DNA of 64,000 nucleotides from Bacteroidia bacterium (GCA_030433115.1 JAUILH010000002.1:4744-68743), one strand, 5' to 3'; positions 53,001-62,367 are shown, numbered from the stretch's first letter. The notes: a model not told the origin generated them from the sequence alone. Numbers and translations are program-made.

Positions 53001-56000
53001 ACCGCTGTACTGGTATAATCAGGCTGAGACTTCACGATAATGCTTTGGTTCATTGTGATATCGTTGAGACGGTCGTTCTTCAGGTCGTTGAGTTGATCGA
53101 TTGTATTCTGTCCTGTTTCTTCATCGATATCTCCCGATTTCATGCCCTTTTCGGTCGACTCTATTTCATCATCAATCTTTTTGATAACGTCTTCATTCAA
53201 TTCATTGCGCTTACGGGCCTTGTCTTCCTCAGAGTCGTTGCCCCCATCAATAGTCGCTTGCCTTGAAGAGAATTCGCTCAACAGATCATCAAAAGAAATT
53301 TTGCCTGCTCTATCAGGTGTGGATGCTATATCCTGCAGACCATTGTTCTCTGCCGTTAGCTCATCTGTGAGTCGCTCAATGTCGTTCAAACCATTGAAAT
53401 ACGTATCATCATCAATGGTTCCATTGTTGTGTGCATCCTCCAATTCTCCCTTTTTAACATTCAGTTTGTCGATCATGTCATTGTTGCTCGCAATGATTTG
53501 TTCTGCCTTTTCTGATTCGCTCAAGTCCGGATTGCTGTTAATATCTGACTTACCACTCATGAAACCGGGGTCCAAAGCATCAAAACTGATTTTACCTCCT
53601 GGCGTGGAATCTGTAGAAGCATCCGCGATGGTCTGATAGCCCTCATTATCCGATTGAATATTAGCAGCAATTTCATCTAATTTATCTACTGCTGCCTGGT
53701 AATCATCATCCGATAAGTTTCCTTGATCCCGCTGCTGAGTTAACCTGGTTTTCTCATCTTCAATCTTACCCAAAAGGGTGTTGTTTTCATCAATTTTTTG
53801 TTGTGCTTTTTGACCTTCAGTAAGGTTTGGATCATTGTCTATATTGTCCAATGTAGACTGATGATTTGGATCGAGATTAGCCACATTGATGTCATCCAAA
53901 TTAAAGCTTGTAGAGGTTGTTCCGTTGATGATTTCATCGTTATTGGCAATGTCATCCCTAAGCCCTCTTGCCATGTCGTCTAACTTTTCATTTCTGGCAT
54001 CTGCCGTCGACTGATCTATATCTCCTGCATTGAGAGCAGCTTGCGTTTCTGATTTGGCATCATCAATTTTATCCAACAATCTATTATTCAGATCGTTTTT
54101 CTGTTTGGCCTTGTCTTCCGGAGACGCATTTGATGTTTCAATGGTATTAATCTCATCATTAAAACCGGGATCTATGTCGCCAACAGACACATCTGCACTT
54201 AAGTTATTTCCTACCGGCGGATCAGTATCTGTAGCAGCTATTAGCTGTTTATTCTCATCAATTCGGTTTTGAATATCATCCTTTAATTTGTCCAGGTCAG
54301 ATTTCTTTTGGTCTCCCTGCGCCTGAGTCAAATCACCATCACTTACTTGATCATCAATGGCCCGTTTTTCATCTTCAATTTTACTAATGAGATCATCATT
54401 GATCTTGTTTTCTGCTTTGGCTTTGTCGGCAGGATTGGTGATGTCATCCAATGCTGAGATTTGATCATTGTAACCAGGCAAAATGTCGTTAGGATTGGCC
54501 ATTTGATCAGAACCATTCTTCAAGAGGTCCTGGTTAGCAGCAATGTCATCTTCTTTTCTCTTCTTGAGGTCGTTTAAGCCATCTATTTGTGTTTTGATGT
54601 CAGATTTTTTGTCTGGGTCTGTTTCACTATCATATTGATCCTGAAGGTCTGCAATGTCTTTATCCAGTTGATCTACCCAATTCTGATCATTTTTAATCTG
54701 GTCTTGAATTCCATCAAAATCCTTATCCCTGAACTGATCGTATTTAGGATCATCGATTGCACCCGCGTACACAGGATCTTGAGATTTGACTTCTTCCAGG
54801 AGATCTTTGGTATTGGTGAAAGACTGGTCTATGTCCGAACCATTTTGCAATTTATCGTTCAGACTTTTCAGTTCCTGCTCGCCAACCGGTCCTCCAGCAA
54901 CCAGGTCGTAATTACCAGCTGCGACATCCCATGCATTTTGAGCTTGATTGGCTGCTTTTTCATCTTCAATAAGTTTGGAGGACAGGTCTTTAACTTTATT
55001 TTGTGCGTCAGACAGTTCGTCTTCTTTTCTGGCAATCTCTTCTTCAATTCCGGGTTTATCTTTCTTTTTGGCATTGTCTAGTTGCCCTTTAAGGTCAGTT
55101 ATCTCATCTTTTATGTCCTGAACAAGCCCTTTGTTGGCAGCTAATTGCTTTCTGGTTTTATCTGCAGCAGACTTTTTATCGTTATAGTCTTGCTCATATT
55201 TGGCTATTTCTTCATCATTGCTGTCACTGGCTTGTCGATCCATGACGCCCTTAATGAAATCTTGTTGTTCTTTCAGTTTGTCTACCGCATCTTCTAAATT
55301 ATTGCCATCCAGCGCATCTTTAATGCCTGATGCGAACTCTTTGGCAGTTTCATAGTCATCCTTAATGAGTTTTTCATCTTCCTCCAATTTCTTACCAACA
55401 CCATGCGCTAACCGCGCCTTATCCATATAGTTTTCTGAATCTGCAATGTGTTGTTTGGCTTCTTCCAGATACTTCTCTCTATCATCTGCATTATTAGAGT
55501 TTTTTGCTTTGTTGATGGCTTCTTTAGCTTTGTCATCAGACGCTTTGGCTTTTTTGAAATTGTCATTTGCGACAGAGAATGCTGCATCCTTTTTGTCTCT
55601 CGTATCTTCGAGTTCTTTCTTAAGATCGTCGGCGTCCTTCTGGGCAGAGGCAATGATCTCTTCATTGGTCATATCAGTTGGCGGCGGTGTATTGTCCTCT
55701 GGAAATTGGTCGGCGTTCACATCCAACTTGGCTCTATCGTTGACTATTTGACTGAGGATAGTTTCAGAATCTGGCACGTCTTCTCCGTATCTGGTATCAA
55801 TCTTAATGGTTTCTTTTCCTGCTTCTGCCATTAAAGAAATCTCTTGTGGTACCACCATCATTTTGTCATTGTAAGGCAACTCCACTACCCCTTGATGCGT
55901 GATATCACTCTGGGCTGTTTTAATTTTGAAGTTATACTTACCACTTTTAGGCAACGTAATTAAGTAATCTCCGGAAGCATTGTTGGCATTGTACACTCCA

Positions 56001-57178
56001 ACTACCTCTCCAGTTTGTGCGTTCTCTACCTGAATACTTGCTGCCCGTTTGCTTGGATCTATGTCGTTGTTGAATTTTCCTTTTAGCACCACTATTTGTG
56101 CAGGGTAACGCTTCACCCGTACATTGTACACATGAAATTGATTCAATCCGGCCTCTCTATTGGAAGAAAAATAGGCTTCATTGTCTTCACTATCCACCAC
56201 ATACATAATGTCGTCTGCCGGTGTATTAATTGAAAAGTCTAAATTCTCCGGTTTCCCAATTGCCTGACCGTTTTCATCAATTTTAATCCGGAAGATATCA
56301 TAACCTCCCATGGTATTATGTCCTTTGGAGCTGAAGTATAAATATTCTCCATTAGGATGCAGGAAAGGGTAATCTTCATCATATCTGGTATTGACATCTC
56401 CCCGCACAATTTGAGACTTCCCCCACTCTCCATTGGGTAGACGTTTAATCATGTAAATATCTTTACCGTTACTCCCATCTTCCCCGTAGCTGGAGAAAAA
56501 CACCATTTTGGTTTCATTGGACCTTTCGGGAATATGAACCACCACATCTTCATCTCTCTTTTTATCGGTTTTGGTCCGCATTTCGTCCAGATTCTTGGCG
56601 TTGATCATGCTTCCGCCTATGCCATCCAGGTTGTAGTAGTTGTAGAAATTATCTATACCGGATTTCTTTTTACTGATGACGGCCACATCTGTGATGCTGG
56701 ATAACAATTTCTTTCCGTACTCTGCAGATTGAATATCGTGAGCCACATCAAATTTCTTCTTGTCTTTGGCATCTCCGTATTTCTGAAACTTCTTATAGTA
56801 CATGAGAGCCTGCTTGAAACGGTAATTCATATGCAAGGCCCGACCAAGGAAATAGTCGTGAAGAATGGGAATCCCGTCTTTTTCATCACTTTCTTTGAGG
56901 TACTTGAGTGCCAGTTCTTTTTGTTCTGTAACCATCAAGAGGCACGCTCCATACTTATAGCGATACTCATAATTTCCCTGAAAGTTGTTGAGCAGTTTTT
57001 TATACTTTTCAAGCGCGCCAGAGTAGTCCCCATCTTCAAACATGGCATCTGCTTCCTTTTTAATTTTCTCAAAGGTCTTGTCATCAGGTACCTGGTTTGG
57101 CACATCAGAATAAGATGAGCAAACAATGACCACCAGAAGGCAAATGATATGTTTCAGTCTGTACAGCAAATCAAACAA
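50003..57178 (-). CDS. Giant (2391 aa) envelope-associated protein: TPR, PD40/TolB-like repeats, CarboxypepD_reg-like domain, about 1300-aa acidic coiled-coil/repeat region, four SPOR-like domains
   Basis: The N-terminus has a signal/anchor and TPR repeats (GDYSGALEKYKKLL). PD40 motifs are YLYFSSKGHNTMGGYDIFRI and AYFSSNREAG. IVVLKGKFNN...TGEVVGVYNANNASGDYLITLPKSGKYNFKI is CarboxypepD_reg-like. Residues of about 480-1800 are D/E/K/N/Q-rich. The SPOR-like stretches are LVYKVQVGAYARPIP..., LYFTVQVGAYSKPIQ..., LSYYVWLGEFEGEAP... and LEYRLILGVYENEAP... Confidence 0.9.
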   Translation of the reverse strand: MFDLLYRLKHIICLLVVIVCSSYSDVPNQVPDDKTFEKIKKEADAMFEDGDYSGALEKYKKLLNNFQGNYEYRYKYGACLLMVTEQKELALKYLKESDEKDGIPILHDYFLGRALHMNYRFKQALMYYKKFQKYGDAKDKKKFDVAHDIQSAEYGKKLLSSITDVAVISKKKSGIDNFYNYYNLDGIGGSMINAKNLDEMRTKTDKKRDEDVVVHIPERSNETKMVFFSSYGEDGSNGKDIYMIKRLPNGEWGKSQIVRGDVNTRYDEDYPFLHPNGEYLYFSSKGHNTMGGYDIFRIKIDENGQAIGKPENLDFSINTPADDIMYVVDSEDNEAYFSSNREAGLNQFHVYNVRVKRYPAQIVVLKGKFNNDIDPSKRAASIQVENAQTGEVVGVYNANNASGDYLITLPKSGKYNFKIKTAQSDITHQGVVELPYNDKMMVVPQEISLMAEAGKETIKIDTRYGEDVPDSETILSQIVNDRAKLDVNADQFPEDNTPPPTDMTNEEIIASAQKDADDLKKELEDTRDKKDAAFSVANDNFKKAKASDDKAKEAINKAKNSNNADDREKYLEEAKQHIADSENYMDKARLAHGVGKKLEEDEKLIKDDYETAKEFASGIKDALDGNNLEDAVDKLKEQQDFIKGVMDRQASDSNDEEIAKYEQDYNDKKSAADKTRKQLAANKGLVQDIKDEITDLKGQLDNAKKKDKPGIEEEIARKEDELSDAQNKVKDLSSKLIEDEKAANQAQNAWDVAAGNYDLVAGGPVGEQELKSLNDKLQNGSDIDQSFTNTKDLLEEVKSQDPVYAGAIDDPKYDQFRDKDFDGIQDQIKNDQNWVDQLDKDIADLQDQYDSETDPDKKSDIKTQIDGLNDLKKRKEDDIAANQDLLKNGSDQMANPNDILPGYNDQISALDDITNPADKAKAENKINDDLISKIEDEKRAIDDQVSDGDLTQAQGDQKKSDLDKLKDDIQNRIDENKQLIAATDTDPPVGNNLSADVSVGDIDPGFNDEINTIETSNASPEDKAKQKNDLNNRLLDKIDDAKSETQAALNAGDIDQSTADARNEKLDDMARGLRDDIANNDEIINGTTSTSFNLDDINVANLDPNHQSTLDNIDNDPNLTEGQKAQQKIDENNTLLGKIEDEKTRLTQQRDQGNLSDDDYQAAVDKLDEIAANIQSDNEGYQTIADASTDSTPGGKISFDALDPGFMSGKSDINSNPDLSESEKAEQIIASNNDMIDKLNVKKGELEDAHNNGTIDDDTYFNGLNDIERLTDELTAENNGLQDIASTPDRAGKISFDDLLSEFSSRQATIDGGNDSEEDKARKRNELNEDVIKKIDDEIESTEKGMKSGDIDEETGQNTIDQLNDLKNDRLNDITMNQSIIVKSQPDYTSTAVNYTDDSALDNYKDTEKGREKIQNYNSAIDALNDEKDAADSDKEKAAIDKKIDKLQDKKDKEEIKVGQKLGDSNQAQFTNQSDQTNTAKDNATNNGVADSSNPDYVKASDLDKKADELFDEAKGLRSKADDTKDNSEKNSLIKSAVKKENDAIGKKTEAYNMFTEMSDEFYEPGSISDPAKTIDVTDISADPNERKSGQIYSKADDYNQQATQKENEAAALRQEAKDAKKKDKKALTAQADQLDREADELRDKAVRTKKKADDIADAENKAIETQKIADAPKDLSPGEEDALRRDEDYQIYFGLLQENKTKKQDYEDAIQNKNDIEEQLKKKERELLDLQSEAATAPDDEQDGYNQRIVGVQGEINDLNDQLDVAKADTEEKERGYKISFDGLIKYRSELPDNKGDRFRDLTGTHGDNMPSPIMTPVNILDPTDADFTVPDSLNTNIFATTNQSLYNEDKPIPMDVDNPKGLVYKVQVGAYARPIPQDLFNQFTPISGETIRGDLKRYMVGYFGDYKTANEAKTTIRGFGGYDDAFVVAYIDGERVNLAQARAYEQEHPPITDGIDVAAGNQTGNQTGNQTGTQTGNQTGNQTGNQAGNQTGNQTGNSQVFEGDDGSKVVYNESQESKDLIDQIKSTAGAADAIPGAGIPGLYFTVQVGAYSKPIQDGIIPVEPLVVFKVNQLFKYSTGVFKSVQEAAPRRDEIRGGPVPDAFVTAYYNGERITNARAQQLINEKGDAVFEWTEENSAANATVDPKTFDEVVIEGLSYYVWLGEFEGEAPADFSVVVLSNQDKVSSDETENGTLYQSNSMENYKSIQDELEFFKSQGIEGAEIRAKYGFNEISLEDAQKLRMGEDVEINRDEDIDDTDIDPGPEPSDPDSVDPAPVDSAPVDSDPVDTAPTFNEPTPVDGLEYRLILGVYENEAPQSFSQVLLTSGRDWTSEENENFETVYYVGFSTFAEALQAKDYFDNQGLEGTEIVALFKYEEIDIEDAKTRTNEK
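50303..50392 (-). repeat. In-frame 15-bp (5-aa) tandem repeat encoding PGPEPSDPDSVDPAPVDSAPVDSDPVDTAP
   Basis: About four (D)(S/P)(A/D)PV units lie between the third and fourth SPOR-like domains. Confidence 0.7.
51182..51295 (-). repeat. In-frame 12-bp tandem repeat, about 9.5 copies, encoding (GNQT)n
   Basis: The protein segment is GNQTGNQTGNQTGTQTGNQTGNQTGNQAGNQTGNQTGN (aa 1962-1999). The plus-strand unit is ccagtttgRttN. Confidence 0.9.
53024..54487 (-). repeat. Five divergent tandem repeats of about 98 aa within the acidic region (aa 898-1385)
   Basis: Each unit begins (L/I)DPG(F/Y)xxxI, then has NP/SPxxKAxxKxxxNxxLxxKIxDEK, then GD(I/L)(D/T) ... D(K/Q)L(D/N)D. Unit starts are at aa 898, 1000, 1099, 1198 and 1296. 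Confidence 0.75.
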
Positions 57179-57203
57179 TGGTACACCTCAGGGTGTAAAG
57201 CGT

Positions 57204-57845
57204 TTAGTTTTTGTTTCCAAAGGATATTTTGTTCTCCTCATTACTCACCAATCTTTGAATGTTCTTTTGATGTGTGATAATGACCACCAGAGAAAATATA
57301 ATGGAGAAATACATGAGCGATGGGAAACTGGTTTTATAGATCAAAATAACCAGAATTGGGAAGGCAACCGCTGAAATGAGCGTACCCAAAGACACGTATC
57401 TTGTCAGTAGGAAAACCAGCAGAAAAATGCCCATGCTGGACAAGGCCGCCATCCAGTGTAAGGTGATGATGACTCCCAAAGTGGTGGCAACACCTTTACC
57501 TCCGTTGAAGCTGGCAAAAATTGGGAATATATGCCCAACAATGGCCGCCACACCTGTTGCAATCTGCAAATTGATGTACAATTCAGAGCCTTGCGTGTAG
57601 TAAGAAATCCAAGACAGTCCCATGGTAGCAAGCCACCCCTTAAAAATATCGAAAAGCAGGACTGGAATGCCTGCTTTTTTACCTAAAACCCTGAACGTGT
57701 TGGTTGCTCCTGCGTTTCGACTTCCGTGTTCCCGAACGTCTACTCCGTACATCCGTTTGCCCAGCCACACTGCTGTTGGTATGGATCCTATTAAATAGGC
57801 GATTACCACAGCCGCTATGTTAAATACTGTAAATGCTTCCTCCAT
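57204..57845 (-). CDS. plsY: Glycerol-3-phosphate acyltransferase PlsY
   Basis: GSRNAGATNTFRVLGKKAG is a variant of the GSGNxGATN motif. The 213-aa protein is a multi-TM protein and contains FKGGKGVAT. Confidence 0.93.
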   Translation of the reverse strand: MEEAFTVFNIAAVVIAYLIGSIPTAVWLGKRMYGVDVREHGSRNAGATNTFRVLGKKAGIPVLLFDIFKGWLATMGLSWISYYTQGSELYINLQIATGVAAIVGHIFPIFASFNGGKGVATTLGVIITLHWMAALSSMGIFLLVFLLTRYVSLGTLISAVAFPILVILIYKTSFPSLMYFSIIFSLVVIITHQKNIQRLVSNEENKISFGNKN

Positions 57846-57852
57846 ATACTAT

Positions 57853-60800
57853 CTATTCGAACTGACTCAGGAATACAGATCTTTTGCTCTTTCTACCAGC
57901 CATAAATCTGAAGTCCGGTTGTCCTTTCTCTCCTTTATACTTGGCTTTATCCTCTTTTGTTTCCAATATTTCATTATTGAAATCATTATCTGAAGAAATC
58001 ACCTCCATGATGGATTCCTTGGCATTATTCGAATACTCGAAATAGTACCAGTTTGCGGCATCCAATTCAAGATAAATATACATTTTATCTTTAGATTTCC
58101 CTTTACTGTCTGGTGTGCGCTTCTGGATAGCTATTCTTCCATTTACATACTTGTACACCTGATCCTTTTGAATATTGGCGATCCCAATCAATCCTTCCGA
58201 CACAAATGCACTCATTTCATCGTTCCATTTGAATTTAACATCTGCGATAAAAAGGCTCTTCTGAAGCTCTTTTGGGAATTTACCTTTAATGGATCCTTTT
58301 AAGGTCACCTCACCCACAATTTCTTCTGCGGTTTCTTTGTCCAAAGTCTCGGTCAGTGCTTTTTTATAAAAGGTTTTCCCTAATTCCACGGGGATCAACT
58401 CTGGTGATTTTTCAATCTTCTCGGCGATCTTCTTCAGGGCATTTTCACTAAAAGGGAAGTCTATAAACATCCCTCCCGAAGATCGCACTTCTCCTGAATT
58501 CATGTTGTGCGTGATTATTCCGACAGAATTGGCTGTGAGTTGTCCAAGATCAGCACCAAAAGTAATGGTTCCATCTCCCTCGATGACACAATTCTCAGTT
58601 TGCAAACTCACGTAATTCCCTGGCAGAGATCTTTCCTGTAGTTTTTCCTTGTTGGAAATTCTGTACTCTTTAGACGCTTTATCAAAATGCAAGAATCCTT
58701 CTGCGGAAATTACATTCGGGTGAGAGCTGGCTCCTTTTCTGGATAAGAAAGTAGAATACACTCCCAGAGAGTCTACACTTGGATTCATGATGACACCGGC
58801 ACCGATGGGTTTATTATCCATGTCCTTCATTTCTGCTCCCACAGGAATATAAATCTCCAGAGGATCAATTTGCGAACGGAAGTTCATCCAGTTTTTCGAC
58901 ACCTGATCACAAACATGTGTAATTCTGGTTGCACCATCAAATACCAAAGATTTGTTGATGGCGTATAGCTCTACTTTACCAAAAAACTCAAAGTTCTTGC
59001 TCAAGCTAAAGTTTTCTTCTTTTTCAATGATACCATCCGCATAGGTGGTGAAAGAAGAGTCTGGTTCAATCTTAGCAAAATGAATTTTAAACTCTTTTTC
59101 ATCCTCATCCACATAAAAGTAATCACCGGAAGCTTTGTAAGACCTTTTCGCCATAACATCACAGGTCACATTGATGATTTTGTGATTCTTGCTCACATTG
59201 TCTGCAATGATGACAGCATTTTCCAAAGTTTGAATTTTCGCCTTTTTCTTAATGATAACCGTCCCACTATCAGGCACAATTCTGGCATCCGCGATATCCA
59301 TGAATGGCACCTCTGTACATGTAATGGTTTTCTTTCTCAAATCGTACCTTGCTTTAGGCGCCATAAAACTTAACGAATCTTGCTTGGGATGAATTGAATA
59401 GAAGTTCGGCTTTTCGAACTCAGTACTTTCTACCACCAAATCTGATTTCTTCTGAAGCTCAATGTCATCATTATCCATGAACCACTTAAATTCATCCATA
59501 TAACAGATGTATTGGTTTTCCGGGAACTCGACATAACTGTTCTCCCCGTTCGATTTAAAGAGACCTTCTCGTGCTTCAAAGTCGACCAGAGCGCTGACAT
59601 TGTCTGTTTTAAAAGCCAGATCGTTGTCCTCTTTTTGCAGAGATTCCAGGTCAAATTCAGAAGTATCTGATTGAATTTTGTATTGCTTGTAAGTAAACTT
59701 TCTTGCCTTGAGGTCTGCATTGCCAAACTGCATTTTACCCCTACCCGTCATCTCCTGAGCCGTAATAGATATTTTCCCTCTCATGGTTGATTCATTATTG
59801 AAGAAGGACAAAGTATTCTTGCCCACAGAAGAAGCATCTAGCACCTGATATTCCGGTTTGAAAGTTACTTTCACGCCATAACCTTTGACATCCGGAAACT
59901 CAATGGGTTTGCCCTGGGGCTTATTGATGAAAGAATCTACAACACCTGCCGTACTATCAGGGTAAAAGACAAAAGCCTTAGATACGGATGTGGAATTTAC
60001 AAATTCAATGATCCCATCTCCAACTAAACCGTCTGCAGTAAGTGCGATTGTGTTTTTAAACTGTCCTTTGTCTTCATACAGAGAAAAACCATCTTTTGGT
60101 AAATCACGCACAAAGCCCAATGAATAATCTGTGAGTACTTTGAGTGTCTCATCAAATTCGGGGAATATATCGGCAGACAAAAGTGAACCTTCAAATCCGA
60201 GTGCATCTCGTTTAAAATTGTCCAAACTATCCAAAGTAAAAGGCTTGATTTTGAACATAAAGGACTCCCTTGGGTAGGCTCCATTAGAGATTTTATCGTA
60301 GAACACGTAAGACTCTTTGGTACATTTTAAAACTGGATAATAGTTAAAACTTGTGTCCAAACTGGCTCTATTTGTAGGATCGTCGATATCAATTTCACCT
60401 TTGATGTCTTCAATCACTGATCTCAACGGACGTTGATTTTTACCGCCATCAAATGGCCACACCCAAATTTTCATAGAATCACACTGGGGAATTGTGATTT
60501 TAAATTCTTCATAATCGAAATTAAAGTCAGTACCGAAATAATCTGTCGAACCAGCGATTACAGTTCCATCAAAAACAATGTTTCTATTCTTGTACATTTT
60601 AATAGACCCATAAGGTACTTTCTTACCTGTGTTCACATCTTTGTATGAACTTGAAGCCTTTGGAAACACCTGCACAAATTGCCTTTCCGACAAATTAAAC
60701 TTACTGATCCCTGTAATGTCTAGTTCATAAGATGTGATATTTAAATTGGCATTGGCTTTTCCTTTGGGATCACTGTAGATCACAATATTGTCATAATCCT

Positions 60801-62364
60801 TCTTTCCTGTTCGGTTATCTATATAGTCGAACAGCTTTTGCTTGATATATATGTACTCATTCTTTTGGTCGTATCGAATAAAATTGTTGTTATTCAAATC
60901 GTACAGCAAACGCGTTAACTCCGGACCTTTGGCCATCCCCAATGAAGTAGCCAGATTGGCTGTAGTATACTCAAATTGATCGTAGCGAACTGCATGTCTT
61001 GCAATGGCAACCATTGGATGCATCTGGCTTGCATTTCCTATTCTATCAAACTTTCTGCGATCGAAGAAATTAGATGACTCAAATAACGCATCTGTTTTAG
61101 AACTTCCAAAAAGCGGTCCCATCCTTAATATTGAATCTCCTCTGACCCAGGACATGGACTCAACGTACATATCAATATTATGATATGAATTTACGAAGGG
61201 ACTCATCCCAACACCTTCTTTGTTCCTGATAATGGTGAGTTTAGCCGGCTTGTCGTCAGTTTTGTATTGATATTCCAGGTTGATGCCAGGGTGAACCAAA
61301 GAATCTTTGTCCATTATGAACTTGAAGCTTGCAACGGGGGATGAAATCTTGTCTGACTTGATGTTGTAATCGATGGCAGAAGTTTGCACAAAAGGTTTGT
61401 TATTCCTGTAAAACGTAAGAATGGCCGGTTGTTTTGCTGTACCAGATCCTTTAAAGACTGCTCCATGCATGGTGAATCCTCCTTCATAATCAATTTCCGG
61501 AGCAATTTCCTTGATCAGGAGTCGCTTACTATAAGACACGAATCTAGGGTAAGTGGCCTCTTTGCCCGTACCAATTCTTAAGACTTTTTCATTGATTTTA
61601 CCCCATAGTGGTTCTTTAAAGTAAGTATTGTAAAATTTGACAGAATCGATTTGGTAGGTACTTGATTTGACGTTGATTTTGTATCCAGACGTAAACTCGC
61701 CTCTGGTTTCTTTGGGATCAAGTTTCACGCGTGTCATATGGATTTCTCCTCCTTTACCCAAAAACTCAGCTGAATATGGGCGGTATTTACCAGATGTTTT
61801 CAGAATTACAGAACTGTCTTTGTTGGCGTAACAAACCAGATTGACGTCTGTGAATTCAATAAATGGTGTCTTATCGAATCCGTATTTGAAGCTACCTCCC
61901 TTGGCTTTCCATGAAAGCTTGGTACTAGAATAGAATTGTTCTGATATAAAGAAATTCCCACTATTTTCGAGAAAATCGGACATGTTTTTCTTCTTCTTTT
62001 GAGACATGACTTTTTTGACAACATCATTCCATGAATTGAACACGTCAGAGCCCATGCCTTTTTTGAAGATTTGGTGGACAGATCCAATGTAGCCTTTGAA
62101 TTCGGGATAAACTCTGAGTCTCTTAGATTGAATAAGGTTACAGGCTTCAACCACCTGGCTTTGGTCAGATGCTTTCATTCCGTTCCAAATCGGGGTAAAT
62201 TCTTCCACAAACACTTTTGCATCTCTTTTATCAAAAGACCCTAAATGTTTTCCAACTTGCTCAATAAACTTCTCAGGATCATTGCTAAAATTGTCGACCT
62301 GTGCGTTTGCAGAAACCAGCAGAAATTGTGTTACTAATAGAACCAGAATTAATCTAAGCATCAT
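57853..62364 (-). CDS. Large (1503 aa) exported protein of unknown function
   Basis: The long uninterrupted ORF has the signal peptide MMLRLILVLLVTQFLLVSANAQ and a beta-rich composition. It has no T9SS CTD and no motif I can name. It sits 8 bp upstream of plsY and 4 bp downstream of prmA. Confidence 0.85.
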   Translation of the reverse strand: MMLRLILVLLVTQFLLVSANAQVDNFSNDPEKFIEQVGKHLGSFDKRDAKVFVEEFTPIWNGMKASDQSQVVEACNLIQSKRLRVYPEFKGYIGSVHQIFKKGMGSDVFNSWNDVVKKVMSQKKKKNMSDFLENSGNFFISEQFYSSTKLSWKAKGGSFKYGFDKTPFIEFTDVNLVCYANKDSSVILKTSGKYRPYSAEFLGKGGEIHMTRVKLDPKETRGEFTSGYKINVKSSTYQIDSVKFYNTYFKEPLWGKINEKVLRIGTGKEATYPRFVSYSKRLLIKEIAPEIDYEGGFTMHGAVFKGSGTAKQPAILTFYRNNKPFVQTSAIDYNIKSDKISSPVASFKFIMDKDSLVHPGINLEYQYKTDDKPAKLTIIRNKEGVGMSPFVNSYHNIDMYVESMSWVRGDSILRMGPLFGSSKTDALFESSNFFDRRKFDRIGNASQMHPMVAIARHAVRYDQFEYTTANLATSLGMAKGPELTRLLYDLNNNNFIRYDQKNEYIYIKQKLFDYIDNRTGKKDYDNIVIYSDPKGKANANLNITSYELDITGISKFNLSERQFVQVFPKASSSYKDVNTGKKVPYGSIKMYKNRNIVFDGTVIAGSTDYFGTDFNFDYEEFKITIPQCDSMKIWVWPFDGGKNQRPLRSVIEDIKGEIDIDDPTNRASLDTSFNYYPVLKCTKESYVFYDKISNGAYPRESFMFKIKPFTLDSLDNFKRDALGFEGSLLSADIFPEFDETLKVLTDYSLGFVRDLPKDGFSLYEDKGQFKNTIALTADGLVGDGIIEFVNSTSVSKAFVFYPDSTAGVVDSFINKPQGKPIEFPDVKGYGVKVTFKPEYQVLDASSVGKNTLSFFNNESTMRGKISITAQEMTGRGKMQFGNADLKARKFTYKQYKIQSDTSEFDLESLQKEDNDLAFKTDNVSALVDFEAREGLFKSNGENSYVEFPENQYICYMDEFKWFMDNDDIELQKKSDLVVESTEFEKPNFYSIHPKQDSLSFMAPKARYDLRKKTITCTEVPFMDIADARIVPDSGTVIIKKKAKIQTLENAVIIADNVSKNHKIINVTCDVMAKRSYKASGDYFYVDEDEKEFKIHFAKIEPDSSFTTYADGIIEKEENFSLSKNFEFFGKVELYAINKSLVFDGATRITHVCDQVSKNWMNFRSQIDPLEIYIPVGAEMKDMDNKPIGAGVIMNPSVDSLGVYSTFLSRKGASSHPNVISAEGFLHFDKASKEYRISNKEKLQERSLPGNYVSLQTENCVIEGDGTITFGADLGQLTANSVGIITHNMNSGEVRSSGGMFIDFPFSENALKKIAEKIEKSPELIPVELGKTFYKKALTETLDKETAEEIVGEVTLKGSIKGKFPKELQKSLFIADVKFKWNDEMSAFVSEGLIGIANIQKDQVYKYVNGRIAIQKRTPDSKGKSKDKMYIYLELDAANWYYFEYSNNAKESIMEVISSDNDFNNEILETKEDKAKYKGEKGQPDFRFMAGRKSKRSVFLSQFE

Positions 62365-62367
62365 ATT

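Noticed and set aside
53142-55834. Several long antisense ORFs (for example 53142-53636, 54587-55081, 55446-55751 and 55448-55834) inside the giant gene
   Set aside because: They are artefacts of the GAT/GAA/AAA-rich sense strand, which leaves the antisense free of stops. Their products are low-complexity S/L/F-rich sequences with no start context.
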